Shown here in pieces: positions 40,492-51,367 of a stretch of DNA of 64,000 bases. The DNA is from Longimicrobiales bacterium (lineage in GTDB: Bacteria > Gemmatimonadota > Gemmatimonadetes > Longimicrobiales > Gaopeijiaceae). The notes beneath the pieces are model-generated. The model was not told the origin of the DNA and did no database searches. It worked only from the letters and a program-made list of their open reading frames with translations. The position numbers and the translations under genes were made by a program. The stretch's first letter is position 1, and every line of letters starts with the position of its first letter. The stretch spans positions 2,720,001-2,784,000 of the forward strand of contig CBDFMQ010000002.1 of the NCBI GenBank assembly GCA_965249725.1, read 5' to 3'.

Positions 40492-42132
40492 ATGACCCAT
40501 CGAGCGACACCCGACGCGGTGACCCTCGAGGTGTTTCGACATCTCTTTACGGCCCTGACCGAGGAGATGGGTGCGGCCCTTCGGAGGGCTTCGTTTTCAC
40601 CGAACATCAAGGAGCGGCGAGACTACTCCTGCGCGCTCTTCTCACCCGGAGTGATTCCCGTGGCCCTCGGTGATCACATGCCTGTGCACCTGGGTGCCAT
40701 GCCGATGAGCGTGCAGGCCGCCCTCGAGGAGTTGGGCACACTGAATGCGGGAGACGTGGCATGCCTGAACGACCCCTTCCGTGGCGGCACCCACCTCCCC
40801 GACATCACGCTCATCTCACCCGTTCATCTCCCCGGCGAAGAAGCGCCGCTGGGCGGTGAGTCCCTCACCACCGAGGGAGCGCTGCTCGGCTATGTAGCGT
40901 CCCGGGCCCACCACTCCGACGTGGGCGGGACCAGCCCGGGATCCATGCCCCTGGCTCAGGAGATCTACCAAGAGGGGCTACGCATACCGCCCGTACTTCT
41001 CTACCGAGCCGGCGAGCGGCAGAAGGACGTCTGGAACCTCATTCTGGCCAACGTGCGGACGCCGATCGAGCGAGGAGGAGACTTGGAGGCGCAACTGGCC
41101 GCGCTCCACGCCGGAGGACGCCGCCTCCTGGAGATTGCCGCCCGGCGCGGGGCTCCGGCCACGCTGAGAGCCATGGCCGATCTGGTCGAGTATGCCGACC
41201 GGCTCGTCGAGGCCGGACTCGGCCATATCGCAGAGGGTGTGTACCGGGCCGAAGACCTCCTGGACGACGACGGCTTCGGAACCAAGGACATTCTCATCTG
41301 CGTGGCGCTGACCCGCCACGCCCAAGGGCTGGACGTCGACTTCTCCGGTAGCAGCGATCAGGTCGCCGGGGGGGTGAACGCAGTCGCCGCCATCACGGCG
41401 TCGGCAGCCCGTTATGTGGTGCGTTGTATCGTCGAGGCCTTATTGGATGAACCTCTCCCCGCCGGAGGCGGGTCCATGTCCATGGTGAACCTGGTTCTTC
41501 CGGAGGGGTCCATCGTCAACGCTTCCCCTCCCGCCAGCGTCGCAGCCGGCAACGTAGAGACCAGCCAGAGGATCACGGACGTATTGCTGAGAGCCTTCGG
41601 CAAAGCGCTTCCCGACACCGTGCCCGCCCTCTCACAGGGTACCATGAACAACATGACCATGGGCGGCGTCGATCCGCGTACCGGACTCCCCTTCGCCTAC
41701 TATGAGACCGTCGGAGGCGGCATGGGCGGAGGACCTACCGGCCACGGCCTGTCGGGAGTCCATACGCACATGTCGAACTCCCTCAACACGCCCGTCGAGG
41801 CCCTCGAGCACGCCTACCCGTTCCATGTCACTCACTATACCGTGCGACGCGGAAGCGGCGGCGACGGACTCCACCGCGGCGGCGACGGACTTCGCAGGGA
41901 CATTCGAGTCCTCACAGATGCCCAGGTGACCCTCTTGAGTGAGAGGCGCGCGCGTGGACCCGCCGGGGCGATGGGTGGATCAGACGGTGCATCGGGTGAA
42001 AACGTGCTGATCCGAGACGATGCGGAGACCGCGCTGCCGGCCAAGGCCTCGTTCGGGGCCGAGGCTGGAGACATCGTCAGCACCCGATCGCCGGGCGGTG
42101 GTGGATGGGGTGGGCCGGAAACGGACGCCTGA
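40492..42132 (+). CDS. Hydantoinase B/oxoprolinase family protein
   Basis: SPNIKERRDYSCA, PVHLG, NDPF.GGTHLPD, AHHSDVGG, GNVETSQR. Confidence 0.92.
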   Translation: MTHRATPDAVTLEVFRHLFTALTEEMGAALRRASFSPNIKERRDYSCALFSPGVIPVALGDHMPVHLGAMPMSVQAALEELGTLNAGDVACLNDPFRGGTHLPDITLISPVHLPGEEAPLGGESLTTEGALLGYVASRAHHSDVGGTSPGSMPLAQEIYQEGLRIPPVLLYRAGERQKDVWNLILANVRTPIERGGDLEAQLAALHAGGRRLLEIAARRGAPATLRAMADLVEYADRLVEAGLGHIAEGVYRAEDLLDDDGFGTKDILICVALTRHAQGLDVDFSGSSDQVAGGVNAVAAITASAARYVVRCIVEALLDEPLPAGGGSMSMVNLVLPEGSIVNASPPASVAAGNVETSQRITDVLLRAFGKALPDTVPALSQGTMNNMTMGGVDPRTGLPFAYYETVGGGMGGGPTGHGLSGVHTHMSNSLNTPVEALEHAYPFHVTHYTVRRGSGGDGLHRGGDGLRRDIRVLTDAQVTLLSERRARGPAGAMGGSDGASGENVLIRDDAETALPAKASFGAEAGDIVSTRSPGGGGWGGPETDA

Positions 42133-42189
42133 TCGTGCTATTCTCTTGTGACATGGTGCCGTTCACCTGACTCTCTGACCGGAACGTCG

Positions 42190-42603
42190 ATGCAGCTACA
42201 ACTCGCTCTCGTGTGCGACCACGTTGAAGAGACGCCAGAAGGAAAGCTGGATCTCAAGGGCGTGTTCAACGACCTGGCGGCCCCCGGTTTTCCTGCCAAG
42301 CACGACATGTTCCTCGTACTGGCCGTGGAGTGGGGACGATCGGATCAGGGTCGATACGAATTCCAGGTAGATCTCCTGGATCCGTCGAAGAAGACCGCCA
42401 TGACGATACGGGGGCACTCCGATGTCGATCTTCGCGACCCCGAGCGACCTCCTGCACGAACGCGGATCATCATGCCACTACGGGACGTCATCTTCCCTGA
42501 TGCGGGTCAGTACCAGTTCCAGATACAGGTCAAGGGCAGGACCTACCCGGGGCCTTCCCTCTTTCTCGTTGAGGCGGAACCGCTGGGGGATGCACCGGAG
42601 TGA
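42190..42603 (+). CDS. DUF6941-like hypothetical protein
   Basis: LALVCD.....GKLD..GVF, FPDAGQY. Confidence 0.6.
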   Translation: MQLQLALVCDHVEETPEGKLDLKGVFNDLAAPGFPAKHDMFLVLAVEWGRSDQGRYEFQVDLLDPSKKTAMTIRGHSDVDLRDPERPPARTRIIMPLRDVIFPDAGQYQFQIQVKGRTYPGPSLFLVEAEPLGDAPE

Positions 42604-43673
42604 GCCGGACGGGAGTAAGTGCAGCCGTTCACGTAGCTCATGCCGATCGCGTGTGCATCGTACTACTCTCCGGAATCGGGGACGTGGTCCACGGACTCCC
42701 GATAGCCATGGCCCTCAAGCGCGACCGACCCTCGCGTCAGGTCGTGTGGATCGCCGAGCCCGCCCCGGCCCAAGTGCTCGAACACCATCCTGCGGTGGAC
42801 GACATCGTCGTCCTTCAGCCGGGCATCGGTCTCAAGTCGGTCAGGAACCTGTGGACCACGTTCCGGGGAAGGCCGTGCGAGGTCACCCTCAACATGCAGC
42901 GATACGCCAAGACGCTGCTCCCTACGTACCTGTCGGGAGCACCCGTCCGTGTCGGTCTGGCCCCGTCACGGACGCGCGACGGCGTGCGGTTCATCAACAC
43001 GGCGCATACGCCGGAGGGACCTTGGCGGCACACCCAGGACCTCTTTCTGGAGTTCCTCGATTCGCTCGGGATCGATCGACCCGATCCGATGGAGTGGGGT
43101 CTGGCTTTTTCCAAGGAAGAGGAGCGGGAGGCGGCCAGCTTTTTCGCCCATGTCGGGGACCGACCCGTGGTCGGGTTGGTACTGGCCACGGCAAACGCCA
43201 AGAAGGACTGGCTCCCCGATCGGTACACACACCTTGCCGACATGCTGGAGCAGGACCTCGGCTATACCGTCCTGCTGCTCGGCGGCCCGGGAGACGCCGA
43301 CCAGCGCGCGGCGCATTTCGTGGCGGATCACGGATCGGGCACACCGGTCTGGGGGCTCTCCGACTCGGTCCGACGCCTGATCTGGAGCATCCGGGGTTGC
43401 GATCTGGTGATCAGCCCGGACACGGGGGCGCTTCACATCGCCCACGCGCTCGATGTACCGGTCGTGGGCCTCTTTGGGCACACCAACCCCTGGCGGGTGG
43501 GGCCGTACGAACGGTTCCACGATCTGGTGGTGGATCAGTATTCCGATCCCGACGAAGAGCCCGACCCCTCCCGCTACGAGCCTCGTCACGGCCGCATGGA
43601 ACGCATCACGGTGGCGGATGTTCTCGAGCGCGTCCGGGTAGCAGAGAGCGCATACGGAATGGGTGCCGCTTGA
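42600..43673 (+). CDS. GT9 LPS heptosyltransferase-like
   Basis: SGIGDVVH, K.W, ISPDTGALHIA. Confidence 0.9.
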   Translation: MSRTGVSAAVHVAHADRVCIVLLSGIGDVVHGLPIAMALKRDRPSRQVVWIAEPAPAQVLEHHPAVDDIVVLQPGIGLKSVRNLWTTFRGRPCEVTLNMQRYAKTLLPTYLSGAPVRVGLAPSRTRDGVRFINTAHTPEGPWRHTQDLFLEFLDSLGIDRPDPMEWGLAFSKEEEREAASFFAHVGDRPVVGLVLATANAKKDWLPDRYTHLADMLEQDLGYTVLLLGGPGDADQRAAHFVADHGSGTPVWGLSDSVRRLIWSIRGCDLVISPDTGALHIAHALDVPVVGLFGHTNPWRVGPYERFHDLVVDQYSDPDEEPDPSRYEPRHGRMERITVADVLERVRVAESAYGMGAA

Positions 43674-44467
43674 GCGGGGCGCGATCCCCCGAGCCCTGGT
43701 CCGTGCCGGGATTCGAGTCGGTCCAGGTGGGGGGAGCGCTGGTCGTCGCTCGTCCGGAGACCCTGGAGTGGAGCCGTGAGGCTTTGGGTCGATACGGGTC
43801 ACTCCACTCGGCGGCGATGGACAACGCGACCCTCCTACTCCAGGGTCGAGGGTCCATTCCGGTAATGCTCGATCCGTCGTGCGATGGGCCCGCCTGGGCT
43901 GTTCGCCACTACAGAAGAGGCGGTGGCATGCAGTTCCTGGACGACCGCTTCCTTCGCCTGGGCACCCCGCGCAGCCTCCGAGAGCTGGAGAGCAGCGTTC
44001 GAGCTAGGGACCTCGGGATCGCGACTCCACGAGTCATGGCCGCGGCAGTCTACCCATCCGGGCCCTTTTATCGAGCCGACCTGGTTACCGAGTTCGTGTA
44101 CGACGCTCGGGAACTGGCCGACGTGCTGCTGGGCACCGCCGACTCTTCGGTCCCTCCTGCGGACGCAGAGACGCGAACCCGGGCATTGATCTGCACCAAC
44201 GCGCTCATCCGTCTCATGGTGGAGCACGGAGTCCGCCACCCGGACCTCAACGCCCGCAACATCCTCCTGACGCAACGTCCGGATGGGATGGAGGCCGTTC
44301 TGCTGGATCTGGATCGATGCAGGGTCGGAGGCACTCCGGCTCCCGACGACGAGGAACGGCTTCGTCAGCGCCTCGCACGCTCGATCCGCCAGCTCGAGCG
44401 CTCCCGACCAGGGAGCGTGAGCGCCGAGGGGATGGAGGCGATCGTGGAAGGACCCGGCAGATCATGA
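43670..44467 (+). CDS. Kdo kinase / LPS kinase (KdkA-like)
   Basis: VRHYRRGG, YRADLVTE, HPDLNARNILL, LLDLDR. Confidence 0.85.
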   Translation: MSGARSPEPWSVPGFESVQVGGALVVARPETLEWSREALGRYGSLHSAAMDNATLLLQGRGSIPVMLDPSCDGPAWAVRHYRRGGGMQFLDDRFLRLGTPRSLRELESSVRARDLGIATPRVMAAAVYPSGPFYRADLVTEFVYDARELADVLLGTADSSVPPADAETRTRALICTNALIRLMVEHGVRHPDLNARNILLTQRPDGMEAVLLDLDRCRVGGTPAPDDEERLRQRLARSIRQLERSRPGSVSAEGMEAIVEGPGRS

Positions 44468-45522
44468 CCGAGCCGCGAGCCGCGGCCTTCCAGGCCGTAC
44501 CGCCCGAAACGGTATGCATCGTGATGCTGAGTGCCATCGGCGACGCCGTCCACGTCCTTCCGGTCGCCAACGCACTGAAGCGTGTGTGGCCCGACACTCG
44601 GATTTCGTGGATCGTTCAACCCATCCCGCAGATCGTGGCGGAGGGCCATCCCTCGATCGACGAGTTCATCCCCTACCACCGACAGAGAGGCGTCAGCTCG
44701 TGGGCGGGCTTTGCCGAGCTGGGCCACCACCTCAAGGGACGTCAGTTCGACGTCGCGCTGGGTCTACAAGTGTACTTCAAGGCGGGCTTGATCACGGGCA
44801 TGCTGCCGGCCCGACGAAAGATCGGGTTCGACTATGCCCGGGCCCGAGATGCCAATTGGCTTTTCACCAACGAACGCATCCCGGCCCACACGCCCCAGCA
44901 CGTGCAGGAGCAGTACTTCGAGTTCGTACGTCACCTGGGCGTCGATCCCGGGCCGGCGGAGTGGGACATTCGTTTCTCCGACGAGGAACGCGAAGCCCAG
45001 GCCAGCTTCTTCGAAGAACTCGACAAGCCCGCGTGTGCGGTCGTGGTCGGAACCAGCAAGTCCGCCAAGAACTGGAACGCCGAAGGGTACGCCCGAGTGA
45101 TGGAGGAACTGGAGTTCACGCACGGAATCCAGCCCGTTCTCGTAGGCGGACCATCGCCTGTGGAGCGGGAGATGGCGGACCGCATTCTGGGCCTGACCAA
45201 GGCTCACCCCGTGGACACCCTGGGGAATGACCTCCGCAGAGCGATGTACCTCCTGGACGGAAGTGTCCTCACGGTCAGCCCGGACACGGGGCCCCTCCAC
45301 ATCAGCCGGGCACTGGAGACTCCCGTCGTGGGTTTGTACGGATACACGAACCCCAAGAGAACCGGACCGTATCGCAAGTACTACGACCTGGTCGTGGACG
45401 GGTACGCCGAGTTCGCGGGTGAGGAGTATCCGATCTCCATGGAATACCGAGGCGGAATGAAGCGCATCACGACGGAGATGGTCCTCGAGAAGGTGGACCT
45501 CGCGGTGCAGCGGTACTTGTGA
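44464..45522 (+). CDS. GT9 LPS heptosyltransferase-like
   Basis: LSAIGDAVH, KNW, SPDTGPLH. Confidence 0.9.
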   Translation: MTEPRAAAFQAVPPETVCIVMLSAIGDAVHVLPVANALKRVWPDTRISWIVQPIPQIVAEGHPSIDEFIPYHRQRGVSSWAGFAELGHHLKGRQFDVALGLQVYFKAGLITGMLPARRKIGFDYARARDANWLFTNERIPAHTPQHVQEQYFEFVRHLGVDPGPAEWDIRFSDEEREAQASFFEELDKPACAVVVGTSKSAKNWNAEGYARVMEELEFTHGIQPVLVGGPSPVEREMADRILGLTKAHPVDTLGNDLRRAMYLLDGSVLTVSPDTGPLHISRALETPVVGLYGYTNPKRTGPYRKYYDLVVDGYAEFAGEEYPISMEYRGGMKRITTEMVLEKVDLAVQRYL

Positions 45523-45944
45523 ACCGAGCACCCAGGTCGCGTCTGCCGAGTGCTCTGTCGGCGGTGCTCACGCTCGCGGCATGCCAGGCGGGCAGCGACG
45601 CAGACACGCCCATGGCCGCAGGCGATCTACAAGCGCTGTTGCACGAAGTCGCAGCCACGGCCCCGGCCGAAGTAGCCGGGGGCAAGGCGTTGTTCGAGCA
45701 GTACTGTAGTGTCTGCCACGGTCCCGTGGCCGACGGAACGGAGCAGGGGCCCCCACTCGCCGACAGGATCTACGAACCGAGTCACCATGCCGACGCCGCC
45801 TTCATTCTGGCCGTCAGGATCGGCGTCCGATCCCACCACTGGCGATTCGGAGACATGGAGCCGCTCCCCGACGTCACGGACGACATGACGCGAGCGATCA
45901 CGTCCTACGTCCGCTGGCTGCAGCGCCAAGTGGGAATCGAGTAG
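45519..45944 (+). CDS. Monoheme cytochrome c lipoprotein
   Basis: Lipobox LAAC; CSVCH; axial Met candidate in FGDMEP. Confidence 0.85.
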   Translation: MNRAPRSRLPSALSAVLTLAACQAGSDADTPMAAGDLQALLHEVAATAPAEVAGGKALFEQYCSVCHGPVADGTEQGPPLADRIYEPSHHADAAFILAVRIGVRSHHWRFGDMEPLPDVTDDMTRAITSYVRWLQRQVGIE

Positions 45945-46055
45945 GGGCTTGCCGAATCCACAACGACCCGATTTCGTAGGAACCATGAAGGGGCCGTAGG
46001 GTTTAGGGTCACCCCGCTCGCAATCCGCCCCCACCCGACTGTAGGACGACCACAG

Positions 46056-47971
46056 ATGCGACGACTCGCGGCCATCATGTTTACCGACATGGTGGGCTTC
46101 ACCGCCCTGATGCAGGAGAACGAGCATCGGGCGAAGAGCATCCGCGACCGACACCGGGACGCCCTGCGCAAATCGATCGAACAGCACGGCGGCGAGATCG
46201 TACAGTTCTACGGCGACGGAACGCTGAGCGTCTTCGACAGCGCCATCGAAGGCGTCAATGCAGCCATAGCGGCCCAACGCAAGCTACGTGAAGGCGATCC
46301 GATTCCCGTTCGGGTGGGCATGCACATCGGGGACATCAATCACGATGAGGACGGAGTGTTCGGCGACGGCGTCAACGTGGCCTCGCGCATCCAAGACCTG
46401 TCGGTCCCCGGAGCCGTGCTCATATCGGGCAAGGTGTTCGACGAGATCAGGAATCATCCGGAACTGTCCGCCGAGGCGTTGGGCCAGTTCGAGCTGAAGA
46501 ACGTCCGGCAGCCCGTTCAGGTGTTCGCGATCTCCCACCCCGACTTGGTGGTGCCCGATCCGAAGCAGATGAAGGCTCCCGTCGAGCAGAAGAAAAGCAT
46601 CGCGGTGCTCCCCTTCGTCAACATGAGCACCGATCCCGAGAACGAGTTCTTCAGCGACGGCATCTCCGAGGAGCTCATCAACGCTCTGACACGGGTCGAC
46701 GGACTGCAGGTCACTGCCCGCACGTCGTCGTTCGCCTTCAAGGGCAAGAACAAGGACGTGCGGAAGATCGGAAGGGATCTGGGCGTCGGCGCCGTCCTGG
46801 AGGGAAGCGTCCGGAAGGCCGGCAACCGGGTCCGTATCACCGCGCAGCTGATAGACACCCGAGACGGATATCACCCTTCTCCAAGGTCTACGACCGAGTC
46901 CTGGACGACATCTTCAAGACCCAGGACGAGATCTCGCTCGAGATCGTGAACGAGCTCCGTGCGACCCTGCCCGAGAATGGCGACAAGCCCTCGTTGGTCG
47001 TCGCCCCGACGGAAAACGCCGAGGCGTACGATGCATACCTGAAGGGCCTGTACTGTTGGAATCAGTGGACGCCCGATGCCGTACGGCAGGGTGTCGACCA
47101 CTTTCAACGTGCCATCGATCTGGACCCCGACTTTGCGCACGCCTGGGCTGCCATGGCGCGCAGCCACTCGTTCTTGGCGGCGATGGGACGACTCACTCAT
47201 TGCGGGGAGGCGTACGGATGTGCCTGCAACGCCGCCGAGAAGGCCATCGAGCTCAATCCCGACATCGAGGACTCGCACGTGGCCTTGGCCCTCGTGAGGC
47301 TCTTCCACGACTGGGACCTCCCAGGCGCAGAAGCCTCATTCCTCCGGGCCCTGACGATCAATCCGGATTCGGTGGACGTGCTGCACAGCTATTCGCTGTA
47401 CCTCAGTGCGGCGGGTCGGTTCGAGGACTGCATCGTCGCGCTGGAAAAGGCGGCCCAGATCGACCCCCTCAACCTTCCCGTGCTCGACTACCTCGGTCGG
47501 GCGTACATGTCGACCGAACGCTTCGACGAGGCCGTCGCTCAATTCGACCGGGTCCGAGCATTGGACCCCGAGTTCCGGGCTGCCCTGGAAGGGAAGGGAT
47601 GGACGTACGTGTTGATGGACCGCTTGGAAGACGCCATATCCACCTTCGAGGAAGTGCGCCAGCTGACACCCCATCCGAAGGGCGGCATCACGCCCTTGGC
47701 CATCGCCCTGGCCCTCGCGGGTCGCACCTCGGAGGCGGAAGACCTCTTGGCCATCATCGAGGAGCGTGAGCAGGAGGAGGACGACGTATCGCTCCACCTG
47801 GACTTCGCGTCCGTATACGCCGCTCTGGGAAGAACCGAGGACGCATTGGCCCGGTTGCACGCCGCCGTCGAAACGCGGATCGGCGCCCTCGTGTTCCTGA
47901 GACACCACAAGAGTTGGAGGCTCGCCAAGCTAGAGGGGATGTCCGAATTCCTGACGGAGATCGGGCTTTAG
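46056..47971 (+). pseudogene. Class III adenylate/guanylate cyclase-TolB-like-TPR protein, split by a 1-bp frameshift near 46875
   Basis: AIMFTDMVGF, GDG, GDGVNVASR, SIAVLPF.N.S..PENEFFSDG; continues in another frame as FSKVYDRVLDDIFKTQDEI into TPRs. Confidence 0.8.
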
Positions 47972-47972
47972 G

Positions 47973-48464
47973 TCACACCCCCGGTCCCTGCACCAGCACT
48001 CCGTCCTTGAAGACGAAGACGCCCTCGAGCCACATACCGCCCCCAAGTGGCGCATTGTCCGAGGATGCGAGAACGACCTGGTAGCTCTCGTCGATCATCA
48101 GCGTCATCTGCACCCAGAATTCCTGATTGGGACCCTGGTCGTCGGGCGAGTCGTAGGAGTCCGCCTGACCGTCCTTGAGCCGGTCCAGCATGTCCCCCTG
48201 GTAGTCCACCTGACTCCGCAACGGTTCGAAGGTCGTCAGGTCGAACTTCGGATTGGACGTGGCGTTCGGGTAGCCGTAGTTCAGGGCGTAGAATTCCTGA
48301 AGACCCTTGTAGAGGATGTTCGCGTCCCCGGCCACTGAGGCCACATGGGCCTTCACGCGAACCGCCTGCACTCGGGGCACAATAAGTGACGCGAGCAACG
48401 CCACGATCACCGTCGTCATCATGAGCTCCAGAAGAGTGAAGCCCCTCCGATGATCTGGTTTCAC
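47973..48464 (-). CDS. Type IV pilin/pseudopilin
   Basis: GTG start; RRG-FTLLELM prepilin cleavage motif and hydrophobic helix. Confidence 0.85.
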   Translation of the reverse strand: MKPDHRRGFTLLELMMTTVIVALLASLIVPRVQAVRVKAHVASVAGDANILYKGLQEFYALNYGYPNATSNPKFDLTTFEPLRSQVDYQGDMLDRLKDGQADSYDSPDDQGPNQEFWVQMTLMIDESYQVVLASSDNAPLGGGMWLEGVFVFKDGVLVQGPGV

Positions 48465-48688
48465 GATGATCAGCCTCGCCTCTTCGCAGCACTGCACACG
48501 TCGAACCGCCACCCCGCCACAGAAAGGCCAATGGGGCTGGCGGGGCCCGTCCCTTAAAAATCCCAAAGCCCGGCAGCTGGGGCAAGCGCTACGTCCTGCC
48601 GCCCGGTTGCTGGTTGCGACACTCGGCCGGCAGTACTCTTCTTCGACGGGGGCCCTGCTCCTCGGATGGATCGACCCCCAGGCCGACC

Positions 48689-49870
48689 ATGAACCACGCG
48701 AGGAATCCATTGTCCTCAGGTGATCACGACAAGGCCGCCGGCTTCGACATTCAGGACGACTTCGAGCGCTTCAACCAGAAGAACGACGTGTTCCGGCGCT
48801 CTTGGTGGGATGAACGCATCCAGAGTGAGAAGGCCCGGCTCTTCTATGCCACGTACCGGGAGCCGCTGAAGACCTTCAGAAAAGCAGACGGCTTCACGCA
48901 GAAGGACTACGCCTTACGCAACGCCTCCTGGCACGTGAGTGACCTCTTCACCGAACTCAAGGAAGACGAAGATCGCCGCGAGGGCTTCAACGACGAGTTC
49001 ACACTGTACCGGGGCGTCGCGCCCGAGAAGATCGACCTCGGCACACCGGAGGCGGCGGCGGCGGAGATCAAGCATGTCGCGACCACCTTCGGCGCGGACT
49101 TGGTGGGCATCACGCGGTTCGACGAACGCTGGATGTACGTCAACAAGTTCAGCGACATGAGCCAACGCGAGAAGCCTCAAGAGATCCCCGAGGGCATGAC
49201 CAGCGTCATCGTGACGGCCCAGTCCATGGACCACGATCTGATCCGCACCGTCCCCTCGGCCCTGAGCGGTGCCGCCACAGGACACGGGTATTCCCGGGAC
49301 GCCATGGTCGTCATCTCGTTGGCCCAGTACATCCAGAACCTCGGCTACCGGGCGGTCGCCAGCATGAACGACACGTCCCTGGCCATTCCGACGGCGATCC
49401 AGGCGGGACTCGGCGAGTACGGCCGCTTGGGCCTCCTGATCACGAAGGAGTTCGGGCCCCGCGTACGGCTGGGCAAGGTCTTCACCGACATGCCGCTGTC
49501 CCACGACCAACCCATCCGATTCGGGGTCAAGGAGTTCTGTGAGGTGTGCCGGCGCTGCTCGGACTCATGTCCCGTGAAGGCGATTTCGGGCGTAGATCCC
49601 AACGCGGACCGATACAACGAGTCGAACATCCAAGGGGTGAGCAAGTGGTCTGTGGACGGCGAGAAATGCTTCGGCTATTGGACCGCACAGAACACCGACT
49701 GCTCGATCTGCGTGCGGGTATGTCCGTACAACAAGGACTACTCCAAGTGGCAGTACCGGGTCGGGCGCTGGCTGGCCGGCACCTGGCTCAGGCGCGTGAT
49801 GCCCTGGCTCGACGTGAAGTTGGGGTACGGAAAGCGTATGGCCCCGCGGGAGTGGTGGGCACGTAGCTGA
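48689..49870 (+). CDS. rdhA: Reductive dehalogenase catalytic subunit (TAT-less)
   Basis: FGADLVGI, AGLGEYGR.G.LITKEFGPRVRL.KVFTD, CEVCRRCSDSCP and C-x10-CSICVRVCP Fe-S motifs. Confidence 0.8.
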   Translation: MNHARNPLSSGDHDKAAGFDIQDDFERFNQKNDVFRRSWWDERIQSEKARLFYATYREPLKTFRKADGFTQKDYALRNASWHVSDLFTELKEDEDRREGFNDEFTLYRGVAPEKIDLGTPEAAAAEIKHVATTFGADLVGITRFDERWMYVNKFSDMSQREKPQEIPEGMTSVIVTAQSMDHDLIRTVPSALSGAATGHGYSRDAMVVISLAQYIQNLGYRAVASMNDTSLAIPTAIQAGLGEYGRLGLLITKEFGPRVRLGKVFTDMPLSHDQPIRFGVKEFCEVCRRCSDSCPVKAISGVDPNADRYNESNIQGVSKWSVDGEKCFGYWTAQNTDCSICVRVCPYNKDYSKWQYRVGRWLAGTWLRRVMPWLDVKLGYGKRMAPREWWARS

Positions 49871-49893
49871 GGGTGTGACAGGCGCCGGAAGCC

Positions 49894-50448
49894 TCAGCCC
49901 AGAAGGACCATCTTGAGCACGAGCACACCGTAGGCCGCCAGCGCACCCAGACCCGCCTCCCACTCACGATTCCTGACGTACTGGGCTACCGAGAAGCCGC
50001 GGCCCGCCCCTGGAGCGTTGTCCGCCCCACGATAGGGCGCAAAGCGAGGCACGAAGAACGGGACCGCGGCCGAATAGAGTCGGTAAGGCTCACCGAAGGC
50101 CTCGAGCAACTCCGCCTCCTCGCGACGGGCGGTCGCCCGGTAGACAGACAGGTAGAACGTCAGGAAGAGGGCCATGAACACCCACTGCCCTCCCGCAGTG
50201 GTCGCGCCGAGCCCAAGAAAGAAGCTGCCCAGATACAACGGGTTGCGGGTGTAGGCGTAAGGCCCGGCGATGGCAAGTTCCCGGTTCTTCTCGATCGACC
50301 CCGCCGCCCATGCCCGGATCGCCAGCCCGACCGCCCCCAGCGCCACGCCCAGCGCCAATCCGGACGGATAAGGCTCAGCGAAGTAGTAGAACGGAATGAT
50401 GAGGAGCCAGACGGCCCTCAGGCGGAGCTTGCGCAGTGAGATTGGCAC
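49894..50448 (-). CDS. Isoprenylcysteine/phospholipid methyltransferase family membrane protein
   Basis: GPYAYTRNPLYLG, EEAEL...FG..Y..Y...VP.F. Confidence 0.8.
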   Translation of the reverse strand: MPISLRKLRLRAVWLLIIPFYYFAEPYPSGLALGVALGAVGLAIRAWAAGSIEKNRELAIAGPYAYTRNPLYLGSFFLGLGATTAGGQWVFMALFLTFYLSVYRATARREEAELLEAFGEPYRLYSAAVPFFVPRFAPYRGADNAPGAGRGFSVAQYVRNREWEAGLGALAAYGVLVLKMVLLG

Positions 50449-50512
50449 CAGTCTGAGTCAGCGCCCTGGGCCCGACGCTCGATCGCCACGCGATCGTGTC
50501 GGGTACCCGAGC

Positions 50513-51367
50513 CTAATTGCCGCCCGCACCGGGATGGATGGCGGTTCCCTGGGTGACTCTGTTGAGATGGAGCGTCACAGACCCGACGACGGGCATCTTG
50601 ATGCGCATGTAGACCAGGTGCCGGTATTCGTCGTCGGCGAAGTGTAGCTCGGCCTCGCCCCCCTCGCTGAAGAGCCCACTGGTCTTGATCGTGGGCCGCA
50701 CCACGATGGTGTTGAAGACGCCGGCGTCCGTCTCCCGGACGTCCTTGCCTTCCACGTAGATGATGACCGGATTGCCTTCCTTCTTGAAGTAGCGAGGGAC
50801 CGTATAGGTCTTCCCGACCTCGAGGGGCAGGGTTCTCACATAGTAGATGAAGGCGATGTCATCCAAGGGCAGAGCCGTGGCGAGATCGCCCGACTCGTCG
50901 TTGTCCGTCCGCTCCCAGTACAACTCTTCGGGGTAGAACTCGTAGAACCGGTAGCTGTTGTAGCCGGGCTCTTTGAGGTCTCGGATGTAGCGTCGCGTGA
51001 GCAGAAGACGCGTGTCGATCCACGAATCCCAATGATCGTCGACCTTCGCTGCGCCGAACAGGAGGCTTCCGCGCAGAGCCATTTGGACATGGTAGGTAGG
51101 CTCACCCCGGATCGAGTCCAAGCCAATGACGTCCATGTAGGCATCGCCGGCGTTGAAGACGCCGAGCTTAACCCCGTACTCGAGGCGCTCCCCAGGGCCC
51201 CATGGAACGACCGCTGCAAACGGATCGACCTCGTACTGCACGGTCGCCGTCGAATCGTCGGTCGTGACGCTTGAAGCGTCGCCGCTTTCGGCTTCGTTGG
51301 ACACCTGCGCCATCGCCCCCAAAGGAGTGATGACCACCAGGCATCCAACTGCCCAGGTCCAGCGCAT
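50513..51367 (-). CDS. DUF3108-like exported protein
   Basis: Signal peptide; GERLEY, GK.Y, AGVFNT. Confidence 0.6.
   Translation of the reverse strand: MRWTWAVGCLVVITPLGAMAQVSNEAESGDASSVTTDDSTATVQYEVDPFAAVVPWGPGERLEYGVKLGVFNAGDAYMDVIGLDSIRGEPTYHVQMALRGSLLFGAAKVDDHWDSWIDTRLLLTRRYIRDLKEPGYNSYRFYEFYPEELYWERTDNDESGDLATALPLDDIAFIYYVRTLPLEVGKTYTVPRYFKKEGNPVIIYVEGKDVRETDAGVFNTIVVRPTIKTSGLFSEGGEAELHFADDEYRHLVYMRIKMPVVGSVTLHLNRVTQGTAIHPGAGGN

Noticed and set aside
48470..48688. Cobalamin or c-di-GMP riboswitch between pilin and rdhA
   Set aside because: Conserved aptamer motifs not found by eye
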